Part shown: positions 1 through 8,623 of the stretch, in pieces | Numbering within the stretch: the first letter of the stretch is position 1 | Layout: each line of letters opens with the position of its first letter | From: Nanobdellota archaeon | GTDB taxonomy: Archaea > Nanobdellota > Nanobdellia > Pacearchaeales > GW2011-AR1 | DNA: 34,046 nt | Direction: 5' to 3' | Assembly: GCA_038046005.1 (NCBI GenBank) | Contig: JBBSXB010000012.1 | Span: 1 to 34,046, forward strand | Notes under the pieces: generated by a model | What the model was told of the DNA's origin: nothing | The model's database searches: none | What the model saw: only the letters and a program-made list of their open reading frames with translations | Position numbers and translations under genes: made by a program

Positions 1-2
1 GA

Positions 3-416
3 GTTTTCGTTGTAGGAGCGATTTTTGTTGCACTTTTAATCGGAAGTGTTGCAGCATTTGGATTTGGAAACGGGTTTGGAAAGAACCTTTCTGATGAAGA
101 AAAAATCCAAATGAAGACATTTAGAGACAATGTCCAGACAGCTGTAGAGAACAATGACTATGCCGAATGGAAATCTTTAATGGAGTCTCAGCTTACTGAG
201 GAAAATTTCCAGAAGCTTGTTGATAGGCAGTCTAAAATATCTGAAGCTAAAGATTTGATGAAGCAAATAAAAACAGCTATGGAAAATGGAGACACTGAAA
301 AAGCTGAAGATTTAAGAGAACAAATGCATGAACTTATGCCTGAAAAAGCCAAAGCATACGGCATTGGTTACGGCAAAATGAAACATGGATTTGGTTCTAC
401 TGAAGATGAAGATTAA
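3..416 (+). CDS. Secreted helical hypothetical protein, 5'-truncated by the window edge
   Basis: The frame of ORF 111..416 stays open back to base 3 and adds a hydrophobic signal-like stretch (VFVVGAIFVALLIGSVAAFGFG), followed by a charged helical body (AVENNDYAEWK...). The true start is outside the window. Confidence 0.7.
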   Translation, partial: VFVVGAIFVALLIGSVAAFGFGNGFGKNLSDEEKIQMKTFRDNVQTAVENNDYAEWKSLMESQLTEENFQKLVDRQSKISEAKDLMKQIKTAMENGDTEKAEDLREQMHELMPEKAKAYGIGYGKMKHGFGSTEDED

Positions 417-459
417 TTATTAATTTTTTTACTATAAAAATGGACTTGAAGTCCACATT

Positions 460-475
460 GAAAAACCTTTAAAAA
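460..475 (+). promoter_or_regulatory. Archaeal BRE/TATA promoter of ileS (near-leaderless)
   Basis: GAAAAACC-TTTAAAAA ends about 21 nt before the ATG at 497. Confidence 0.55.
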
Positions 476-496
476 TTAGCTTTTTCTTGAGTATGT

Positions 497-3292
497 ATGT
501 ATCCATTCAAAGAAGTTGAAGAGAATGCTAGAAAGGTTTGGAAAAAACATATCAAAGAAATAGAAGCATCAATTCATGATGTAAAAGGCAGAAAATTATT
601 TTCATTTCTTGAGGGACCTCCAACCGCGAACGCCCCTCCTGGCCTACACCATCTTGAAGTTAGAACTTTTAAAGACATAATATGCAAATTCAAATATATG
701 AATGGATTTTCTGTTCCAAGAAAAGGAGGATGGGATTGCCATGGATTGCCTGTTGAAGTACAAGTTGAAAAGACACTTGGATTAAAAGATAAAAAAGACA
801 TATTAAATTATGGGGTTGAAAAATTCATAGACAAGGCAAGAAACAGCGTTTTCTCCTACATAGAAGATTGGAATAAATCTACAGAAGAATTAGCTTATTG
901 GATTGATTTGAAAAATCCGTACATAACTTTAGAAAATGATTACATTGAAAGTGTTTGGTGGAGCCTTAAAGAGCTTTACAAAAAAGGATTTTTGTATGAA
1001 GGACATAAAGTTGTGCCGTTTTGCACAAGATGCGGGACTCCTTTGTCAAGCCACGAAGTTGCTCAAGGATATAAAGATGTGACTGAGGAATCTGTTTATA
1101 TTGCTTTCAAATTAAAATCTGAAAAAGATTCTTACATATTAGCTTGGACAACAACACCTTGGACTTTACCCGGAAATGTTGCGCTTGCGGTTGGGCCTGA
1201 AATAAAATATGTGAAAGCAAAACTTTCTGACGGGGATACGTTAATTCTTGGAAAAGATAAATTAAATTTAATAAAAGGAGAATATAAAATTGTCAAGGAG
1301 ATGAAAGGAAAAGAGCTTAAAGGACTAGAGTATGAATCTTTGTTTGATATTAAGGAGACACAAAACAAAAATTCCCACAAAGTTATCCTAGCGGACTTTG
1401 TAACAACAGAAGAAGGAACAGGAGTTGTCCACACGGCGGTAATGTATGGAGAAGATGATTATAATTTAGGGATGAAAGAAAAACTTCCTGCCGTTCACAC
1501 GGTTGGAGAAGATGGAAAATTCCTTGATATTGTCCCTAAATTCCATGGGAAATATGTTAAATATGTTGAAAAAGAAATTGTTGCTGACTTGAAAGAAAGA
1601 CATTTAGTATTCAAGACTGAAAAAACAACTCATGCTTATCCCCATTGTTGGAGATGTGAAACTCCTCTTTTGTATTATGCAGTAACTTCTTGGTTTGTAA
1701 AAGTTAGTGAGGTGAGAGAGAAAATGATGAAACTCAATGAAAAAATAAACTGGGAACCCGAGCATATAAAGGACGGAAGATTTGGAAAATGGCTCGAGGG
1801 AGCAAAAGACTGGGCGTTGTCAAGATTTAAATTTTGGGGGACTCCATTGCCAATTTGGAAATGTGAGTGCGGAAAACAAAAGATGATAGGAAGTGTTGAA
1901 GAATTAAAAAAAGAGTCTGTTAAAAAAATACAAGGAGAAATTGATTTGCATAAACCTTGGATAGACGGAATAAAACTGAAATGTGAATGCGGAAAAGCTA
2001 TGGAAAGAATTCCGGACGTGATTGATTGCTGGTATGATTCTGGATCCGCATCCTTTGCCCAGTTTCATTATCCTTTTGAAAACAAAAAAGAGTTTGAAAA
2101 AAGATTTCCTTATGATTTTATAGCTGAAGCAATAGATCAAACTCGAGGATGGTTTTACACATTGCATGTTTTGTCAACAATTTTGTTTGATAAGCCAGCA
2201 TACAAAAATGTTATTTGTGCAGGACATATCGTCGATGAAAAAGGAGAAAAAATGTCCAAGAGCAAAGGAAATATTATTGCCCCTAAAGAAATAATTGAAA
2301 AAGTAGGAGTTGATGCAATAAGACTGCAATTTTGCACTAGCGATGCTGGAAATTTTAAAAGATTTTCATTTGACTCGATGAAAGAAGAAGTAATACCTTT
2401 TTTGACTGTTCTTTACAACACGAAAAAATATTATGATCAGCAAGAGAATAAAAAGTCAAACTTGCAAATTGAAGACAAATGGATTTTATCAAAGCTTAAT
2501 TCAACAATTGATAAAGTAACCAATGAACTAGAAAAATTTCATCTTGACACCAGTTTTAGTGAGATGCAAAATTTTGTTGTTAATGATTTTTCAAGAGGTT
2601 ACATAAAGATGACAAGGGACAGAGAAGATAACAAAGAGATTGTTGGGGAAGTTTTGGAAAAAATATCCTTAATACTGGCACCTTTCGTACCATATATTTC
2701 GGAAGAAATTTACAAAAGTTTTGGAAAAAATTCTGTGCATCTTTCAGAATGGCCAAAGACAGACAAAAAAAAGATTGATAAAAAACTTGAAGAAGAATTT
2801 AGAAATATGTTGAGGTTAATTGAAATTGGTCTGGCTGAAAGAGACAAAATTCAAATAGGATTAAAGTGGCCATTGAAATCTGTCGACATAAAAGCAAAAT
2901 TAGATGTAAGAAAAGAAGTATTAGAATTAATTAAGTCTCAATTAAATGTCAAGGAGATTTATTTTAACAAAGTTGAGAAATTAGACACTCCTTCAGTCAA
3001 GCTCGACACAAAATTAACTCCGGAGCTTGAAGCAGAAGGTTATGCTAGAGAACTGTCTAGAAAAATTCAGGCTTTCAGAAAAGAAATTGGTCTGCAAAAA
3101 AACCAAATGGTTGTAACAACAATAATTGTTGATGAAAAATTCAAAAATATTTTAGAAAAACATAAAAATTTCATAAAAGAGAGAACGAACTCGAAAAAGT
3201 TAGAAGTTGTTACAACTAGCAAAGAAAGATTTAAAAACAAAACAGACTTTGAAATTAGAGAAAAAAGAGGCGAGATTGCTATAGTGGTCTAA
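497..3292 (+). CDS. ileS: Isoleucine--tRNA ligase, IleRS2-like, with non-canonical GLHH signature
   Basis: EGPPTAN-APP-GLHH, GWDCHGLPVE, editing-domain WTTTPWTLPGN and GTGVVH, YPHCWRC, DWALSR..FWGTPLP, DQTRGWFY and KMSKS. Confidence 0.97.
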   Translation: MYPFKEVEENARKVWKKHIKEIEASIHDVKGRKLFSFLEGPPTANAPPGLHHLEVRTFKDIICKFKYMNGFSVPRKGGWDCHGLPVEVQVEKTLGLKDKKDILNYGVEKFIDKARNSVFSYIEDWNKSTEELAYWIDLKNPYITLENDYIESVWWSLKELYKKGFLYEGHKVVPFCTRCGTPLSSHEVAQGYKDVTEESVYIAFKLKSEKDSYILAWTTTPWTLPGNVALAVGPEIKYVKAKLSDGDTLILGKDKLNLIKGEYKIVKEMKGKELKGLEYESLFDIKETQNKNSHKVILADFVTTEEGTGVVHTAVMYGEDDYNLGMKEKLPAVHTVGEDGKFLDIVPKFHGKYVKYVEKEIVADLKERHLVFKTEKTTHAYPHCWRCETPLLYYAVTSWFVKVSEVREKMMKLNEKINWEPEHIKDGRFGKWLEGAKDWALSRFKFWGTPLPIWKCECGKQKMIGSVEELKKESVKKIQGEIDLHKPWIDGIKLKCECGKAMERIPDVIDCWYDSGSASFAQFHYPFENKKEFEKRFPYDFIAEAIDQTRGWFYTLHVLSTILFDKPAYKNVICAGHIVDEKGEKMSKSKGNIIAPKEIIEKVGVDAIRLQFCTSDAGNFKRFSFDSMKEEVIPFLTVLYNTKKYYDQQENKKSNLQIEDKWILSKLNSTIDKVTNELEKFHLDTSFSEMQNFVVNDFSRGYIKMTRDREDNKEIVGEVLEKISLILAPFVPYISEEIYKSFGKNSVHLSEWPKTDKKKIDKKLEEEFRNMLRLIEIGLAERDKIQIGLKWPLKSVDIKAKLDVRKEVLELIKSQLNVKEIYFNKVEKLDTPSVKLDTKLTPELEAEGYARELSRKIQAFRKEIGLQKNQMVVTTIIVDEKFKNILEKHKNFIKERTNSKKLEVVTTSKERFKNKTDFEIREKRGEIAIVV

Positions 3293-3447
3293 AATAATCA
3301 CTAAGAAGTAATTTATTTGATTTGCCCCTTTATAGTATAAAAATGTTTAAAAAGAGAGATTAGCACGTAAATAGACATTATAGGATAAAAACACCAAAAT
3401 GGTGCGCTGGAATGAAAATTCCTCTAAACCATTTTCAAAAAACCAAA

Positions 3448-4254
3448 ATGATAGTTAAAGATGAATTTTTAGGCAGATTAAGAAAGATTTTTGACCTTAA
3501 TCTTTATGAAGTTAAAGTTTGGACTGCTTTGCTCTCAAGAGGAACTTCAACTGCGGGAGAATTGAGCAGTATTTCTGATGTTCCAAGATCTAGAACCTAT
3601 GATATTTTAGAGAGTTTAGAAAAGAAAGGTTTCATTATGATGAAGCTTGGAAAACCAATAAAGTTTGTTGCATTAAAACCAGATGAGGTTGTTGAGAGGG
3701 TTAAGAAGAATCTTGTGAAATACGCGCAGGAAAGAACAAAGAGACTTGAAACTTTAAAGGGAGATGAAGTTCTTGAAGAACTTAATGGTTTGTTCACAAA
3801 AGGAGTCAAGTTTGTTGAACCTAATGATTTATCTGGAAGCATTAAAGGGAGACAGAACTTATACAACCATCTGGATATGATGATAAGAGATGCTGAAAAA
3901 ACAATTACTGTTGTTACAACAGCAGAAGGACTGAACAGAAAAATTGAGGCCTTGATGCCAAGCTTTGAGAAATGTAAAAAGAGAGGGGTTAAAATTAGAA
4001 TCGCTGCCCCAATAAATGCAAATAATATTAAAGTTGCAAGAGAGTTGAAAAAAGTTGCAGAAGTCAGAAATCTTGAAGGAATCAAAGCTAGATTTTCTAT
4101 AATTGATGGAAAACAATTGATGTTTATGCTTTTAGATGATGAAAAATTCCATCCAAACTATGACATTGGTGTCTGGATAAATACAGAATTCTTCGCACAA
4201 GCTATGGAACAAATGTTTGAACTTGCTTGGAATGAAATGAAACAGGTAAAATAA
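3448..4254 (+). CDS. TrmB family transcriptional regulator (TrmBL2-like wHTH plus C-terminal domain)
   Basis: LNLYEVKVWTALL..TAGELS..SDVPRSRTYDILESLEKKGF wHTH and C-terminal RGVKIRI...ARFSIIDG. The start is placed at the ATG at 3448; the ORF track starts at 3412. Confidence 0.9.
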   Translation: MIVKDEFLGRLRKIFDLNLYEVKVWTALLSRGTSTAGELSSISDVPRSRTYDILESLEKKGFIMMKLGKPIKFVALKPDEVVERVKKNLVKYAQERTKRLETLKGDEVLEELNGLFTKGVKFVEPNDLSGSIKGRQNLYNHLDMMIRDAEKTITVVTTAEGLNRKIEALMPSFEKCKKRGVKIRIAAPINANNIKVARELKKVAEVRNLEGIKARFSIIDGKQLMFMLLDDEKFHPNYDIGVWINTEFFAQAMEQMFELAWNEMKQVK

Positions 4255-4483
4255 AACATTTGAAAGCAGTTTATTTTTATATAATCATTTGCACTAAATT
4301 TTTTAACGGAATTGTGAAGAGAGGTTTGATTGAGATAACTCCAGATAATTATTTAAACTATTTTTTACTAAATTAAACAATGAGCTCGTCCATGTAGTTG
4401 AAAAAGCTTTGAGAAGCGGTCTGATCAAAACCATTTGCTGAAATATAAAATAGAATTAAAAATTATAAAAATAAAAAATAAAA

Positions 4484-4858
4484 TTATCTCTTTTTCTTCT
4501 TATGAGATTTTTTTGCGGGCTTCGCACCTCCAGATATTCCTGCAAGTGTTGCTCTAAAATGAACTGGATGTTGTGCTCCTGCAAGAATTGAAACTCTCTG
4601 TGCAACTGATTTAACTCTTGCTATATTCTTCCTTATCTCACCATCTAATCTTGCTAACTCTTTGTTTGTTTTTAACACAGATATAGCCAATGCTTTTTGT
4701 GATATCTTACCAAAAAAATATCTTTTAGACTCAGCATCGAATTCGTCTAAGAGTCCTTGTTTTTCCTCTTGTCTTGCTCTTATCAGTTCTCCAGCTATTG
4801 TCAACTCCTTATGAAGTGCTGCAAAAAAACCTTCGTCCATCTTTCTTACTACTGCCAT
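4484..4858 (-). CDS. Hypothetical coiled-coil protein with Lys-rich C-terminal tail
   Basis: A perfect Shine-Dalgarno GGAGGTGA (4864-4871, minus strand) lies 5 nt before the ATG at 4858. The protein ends KPAKKSHKKKKR. Confidence 0.75.
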   Translation of the reverse strand: MAVVRKMDEGFFAALHKELTIAGELIRARQEEKQGLLDEFDAESKRYFFGKISQKALAISVLKTNKELARLDGEIRKNIARVKSVAQRVSILAGAQHPVHFRATLAGISGGAKPAKKSHKKKKR

Positions 4859-4924
4859 TATATTCACCTCCTTACATATAATAAATATAAATATACTTGG
4901 GAAATATTGTTTAAATAGGTTTTG

Positions 4925-6616
4925 CTACATCTCTTCTATAGCTTTTATTCCTAAAAGATTTAATGAATTTCTTAATGTTATTCTAAAAGCTTCAACCAAT
5001 GCCATTCTAAAAGGCTCTTCATCCGAACCAATTACAGGAGAAGAATGGTAAAATTCGTTGAAAGATTTTGCAAGTTCGTAAGAATATGTTGCAATCATAG
5101 AAGGAGCCAATGATTTAAACGCTTTGACAACTGTTTCCTCAAACTGATAAATTCTTTTGACTAAATCCAACTCATGTTCATTCAGTTCAGTTATTTCGAA
5201 TTTTTCTCCTTGCTTTTTTGCTTTTCTTATTATAGAAGATGCTCTTGCATAACTGTAAAGAATGTACGGCCCAGTGTCTCCTTCGAACGAGACAAATTTT
5301 TTGATGTCAAAAACAATGTTGCTTCTTCTGTAATTCTTTAAATCACCGTAAAAAATTGCAGCCACTGCAACATTTAACGCTCTTTTTTCAATCTCCTCTT
5401 TTTTTAATTTTTCCCCTCTTTTTTGTATTTCTTTTCTTGCTAGGTTTTTAGTCTCCTCAAGAATATCTTTCATAAAAACTGTCTGGCCTTTTCTTGTTGA
5501 AAATTTTTTTCCTTTTGTATTAAGATAAAACCCGTGATCATTATGCAAACAATCCTTAGCCCAAGAATATCCCATAAGTTCCAGAATCTTGAAAACTTGC
5601 TTGAAGTAAAGAGTTTGTTCCTGCCCAACTTCATAAATCATCGTATCAAATTTGTATTTTTTATATCGTTGAATTGCTTCGCTTAAATCCCTTAAGGCAT
5701 AAGTTGTTCCTAAATCTGTTTTAACCATCATACAAACATCCAAACCATATTTGGTCAAATCAACAATTAAAGCACCCTTGCTTTTCTTGATTAATTTTTT
5801 CTTCGCAAGCTCATCCATCGTTTCATTAACCCGCTTTACTGATTCTGATTCCCCAGAATATTCATCGAAGGAAACCCCCAAATCTTTGTAAATTTTTTCA
5901 AAAGCTTCGATGCTTGAGTCCCTGAAAGCTTTCCAAAGCATCAAGGCGCTTTTATCCTGGTCTTCAAGTCTCTTAAACCACTCACTTGATTTTTTCTCGT
6001 AGATTTTTTTATTCACTTTTACATAAACTTCATATAAATGTTCGATGGGGTTTTTTAAAAACTTTTTTTCATTTCCAAATTTGTCATATCCGAATAAGAC
6101 TTTTCCAAATTGTGAACCCCAATCTCCAAGATAATTAATCCTTACAACTTTATATCCAAGAAACTCTGCAACATTTGCAATTGAATTGCCGATTATTGTG
6201 CCCCTAAGATGGCCAATTCCGAAGGGCTTTGCAATGTTTGGAGAAGAAAACTCAATAATTAGTTTTTTTCCCTTGCCAATTTTTTCAGCACCGTATGTTT
6301 TTTTCTGGCTTATTGTTTCCCAGACAACTTTTCTTGCAAGGTTTTTTCTGTCTATGAAAAAATTAATGTAAGGACCAACGGTCTGTATATCGTCAAAATC
6401 TGTTGCCTTGGGAGTTTTGATTGAATCTCTTAACTCCATTGCAATTTGATGTGGATTATCTTTAAGCTGTTCAGCCAAGAAAAAACATGGAAAAGAATAA
6501 TCCCCCATGTCTTGAGAAGGAGGAATACCTATCTTTTCTTCTATTTCCTCTCGCGAAATTTTAATGCCCTTCTTTTTCAATGCTTTTTCCAAAACATCAA
6601 CCACCAGTTTTTTCAT
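4925..6616 (-). CDS. argS: Arginine--tRNA ligase
   Basis: GDYSFPCF, GPYINF, EFSSPNIAKPFGIGHLR, NYLGDWGSQFG, KFSTRKG, FEGDTGPYILYSYAR, FNEFY and C-terminal LLGI...EEM. Confidence 0.96.
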   Translation of the reverse strand: MKKLVVDVLEKALKKKGIKISREEIEEKIGIPPSQDMGDYSFPCFFLAEQLKDNPHQIAMELRDSIKTPKATDFDDIQTVGPYINFFIDRKNLARKVVWETISQKKTYGAEKIGKGKKLIIEFSSPNIAKPFGIGHLRGTIIGNSIANVAEFLGYKVVRINYLGDWGSQFGKVLFGYDKFGNEKKFLKNPIEHLYEVYVKVNKKIYEKKSSEWFKRLEDQDKSALMLWKAFRDSSIEAFEKIYKDLGVSFDEYSGESESVKRVNETMDELAKKKLIKKSKGALIVDLTKYGLDVCMMVKTDLGTTYALRDLSEAIQRYKKYKFDTMIYEVGQEQTLYFKQVFKILELMGYSWAKDCLHNDHGFYLNTKGKKFSTRKGQTVFMKDILEETKNLARKEIQKRGEKLKKEEIEKRALNVAVAAIFYGDLKNYRRSNIVFDIKKFVSFEGDTGPYILYSYARASSIIRKAKKQGEKFEITELNEHELDLVKRIYQFEETVVKAFKSLAPSMIATYSYELAKSFNEFYHSSPVIGSDEEPFRMALVEAFRITLRNSLNLLGIKAIEEM

Positions 6617-6647
6617 GATATGATTATGGAAAAATAGTTAATAAAAC

Positions 6648-7205
6648 TTACTTAACTCCCAATATTTTAAAAACTTCCCTGTGAATTTTTTCTGGAGAAG
6701 GAGAAGCGTCCACTTCATGATATTTTGTTTTGGTTTTAAGGAAGTCCAAAATTGGCTGTGTTTCAGAATAATAAATATTAAATCTTTTTTTTATCACATC
6801 CATAGAATCATCTTTTCTTTTTTCTTTGGATTTTTTTACCCTATTCACTATTCTCTTTTCGGCTGTTTTTTCATCGAGTTTAAAAAAAACAACTTCCTCA
6901 ACAAACCCTTTTTCAACCGCAATCTTTGCCTGAGCCAAATTTCTAATCGCCCCGTCTAGAACATAACCTTTGAAATTTTTCAGAGAGTTTATTTCTTTGA
7001 GAACAATTTTAAATACAACTTCATCTGGAAGAAAATTTCCTGCCTCGATACTTTCCTTGTAGGGCATGACTAATGGATCTTTTCTTTTCCACCCTTCTCT
7101 TATTAATTCTCCAGTTGAAATGTGTTTGAATCCTTTCTTCTCAAGAAATTCTGCCTGTGTTCCTTTTCCAGAACCAGGCGCCCCAACAAAAAGAATTTTC
7201 CTCAT
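6648..7205 (-). CDS. adk: Adenylate kinase family protein (short LID)
   Basis: P-loop GAPGSGKGTQA, HISTGELIR, VLDG..R and R.DD...IKKRF..Y...T.P. Confidence 0.88.
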   Translation of the reverse strand: MRKILFVGAPGSGKGTQAEFLEKKGFKHISTGELIREGWKRKDPLVMPYKESIEAGNFLPDEVVFKIVLKEINSLKNFKGYVLDGAIRNLAQAKIAVEKGFVEEVVFFKLDEKTAEKRIVNRVKKSKEKRKDDSMDVIKKRFNIYYSETQPILDFLKTKTKYHEVDASPSPEKIHREVFKILGVK

Positions 7206-7265
7206 GAATACTCAAAGTTAAAGTTATTAATAAAGTTTTATAAATAAACCATTGCTGAGTCTTGC

Positions 7266-7448
7266 ATGGCAAAACAAGAAACTCCAGCCATGCCTAGAGA
7301 GGAAGAAATCGGATACCACAAAGGAGCCATAAACACCCTTGTTAATGAAAGAAATGAGTTGGCAAGAATTGTGGGTATTGTAGACTCTTTGATAAGAGTT
7401 CATCTTAAGAGGCTTGAAGAGCTTGGAGTAAAAATTCATAAGAAGTGA
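7266..7448 (+). CDS. Small helical hypothetical protein (60 aa)
   Basis: ATG ORF divergent from adk with a TATA-like TTTATAAATA about 20 nt upstream. Amphipathic helical pattern (IGYHKGAINTL..ER.EL...L...HLK.LEELG). Confidence 0.7.
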   Translation: MAKQETPAMPREEEIGYHKGAINTLVNERNELARIVGIVDSLIRVHLKRLEELGVKIHKK

Positions 7449-7450
7449 GA

Positions 7451-8311
7451 CTAGTTAACTGAGGCAGAAATTACATAACCCGGCCCAAAGTCTGAATAAA
7501 GAGAGACTTTGGATCTTGGAAATTTAATTCCGAATTCTGTATGGTGTTTTTTCTTGTTGAAGAAATTTATCATTCTTTTTATATCGCTGTCTGAAGATAT
7601 GACTATAACATCATCACTGAGTGCCCTTGTAAATGCTGAAGCCAAAATTTTAGAATCAGTCTGAAAGTGTGCCGGCCTCCTATTTTCTACTGTTCTTCCC
7701 CTAATGAAATCAGATCTTTCTCCAAAGTCTTTTTCAAGACTATACTCTCCAGAAACAAATGAAAAAAAATCGAGAAATTTAAGATACATCTCCCTTTCAG
7801 TGGAAGAAAAACTTTTTCTTATATCTTTTTTTTGAATAAGAGGAATCAGCCTAACTGTGTTTTTAGTCAAATCACTGAGACAGTTATATGCATCAACATT
7901 GAAATAGCCATTATTTTCTCCTCTTTTTTCTATTTGCATATTCAGTCTCCTGATGTGTTGTATCGTGGCAGGATTTACGACTTTCATGATACCTCTGTGA
8001 GAAGCCGGCTTTAAAGGAAGCGGCTGAAATTGGGCAGAATTTTGATAGAAAAATTTTAAGGAATTGTTAAAAAGAGCCAGGCCAAGCTTTATTTCTTTAC
8101 CCACTTCGCTTATGCTAAACACACCGTCTCTTAAAAGATAGTCACATCCCACAATCTTTAAAGCGCTTTCTAATCTAATCAGGTCGACTGGAATATCGTC
8201 TTGTCGGCTTGCTTCGTAGAGAACTTCATATGTTGAAAGACCAACAGGAGCAAAAAAATTTGCATCAAGTAGCTTCGATCCACGCAAAGCGATTATTTCT
8301 TCTAGTTCCAT
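7451..8311 (-). CDS. PIN-domain-like protein with a large insertion
   Basis: N-terminal LLDANFF, an SEV motif, and C-terminal TDSKILASA and VIVISSDSDI match the PIN acidic motifs. Confidence 0.55.
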   Translation of the reverse strand: MELEEIIALRGSKLLDANFFAPVGLSTYEVLYEASRQDDIPVDLIRLESALKIVGCDYLLRDGVFSISEVGKEIKLGLALFNNSLKFFYQNSAQFQPLPLKPASHRGIMKVVNPATIQHIRRLNMQIEKRGENNGYFNVDAYNCLSDLTKNTVRLIPLIQKKDIRKSFSSTEREMYLKFLDFFSFVSGEYSLEKDFGERSDFIRGRTVENRRPAHFQTDSKILASAFTRALSDDVIVISSDSDIKRMINFFNKKKHHTEFGIKFPRSKVSLYSDFGPGYVISASVN

Positions 8312-8412
8312 AAAAAAGGATTTTAAGAGTATTTAAAAAGATTTTGAAGGAAGCCTAGATAGTTATTTAAAGTGTTTTGGGCACTTTTTTTTGTTGCAGA
8401 GTAGTTTTCGTA

Positions 8413-8463
8413 GACTAAAATCCTAGCGGATTTTGTCAGCTCCAAAATGCAACGCATTTTGTC
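8413..8463. repeat. Two related hairpins directly 5' of tRNA-Leu
   Basis: GAC(T)AAAATCC-TAGC-GGATTTTGTC (8413-8437) and CAAAATGC-AAC-GCATTTTG (8443-8461). Both end in ATTTTGTC. Confidence 0.7.
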
Positions 8464-8547
8464 GCGGGAGTGCCAGAGCGGTCAAATGGGCTGGACTTAA
8501 GATCCAGTGGCTTAGTGCCTGCGCAGGTTCAAATCCTGTCTCCTGCA
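8464..8547 (+). tRNA. tRNA-Leu (anticodon TAA), CCA not encoded
   Basis: Acceptor stem GCGGGAG/CTCCTGC plus discriminator A, anticodon arm CTGGA-CTTAAGA-TCCAG, long variable arm, T arm GCAGG-TTCAAAT-CCTGT. Confidence 0.96.
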
Positions 8548-8623
8548 TTTGATATTAATAAACAATCTACTCCTAAAAAACAAGTGATTCTGTTTTAAGA
8601 TATAATAAATGAATAAAAAGTTT

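Noticed and set aside
574-4116. Minus-strand ORFs inside ileS and the TrmB gene
   Set aside because: They are antisense shadows of well-supported genes and have no motifs.
8406-8432. TTTCGTAGACTA...AGCGGATT shared between the tRNA leader and the SRP RNA start (33995-34018)
   Set aside because: The match is short, and the hairpins formed in the two places differ. It cannot be separated from chance without a genome-wide search.
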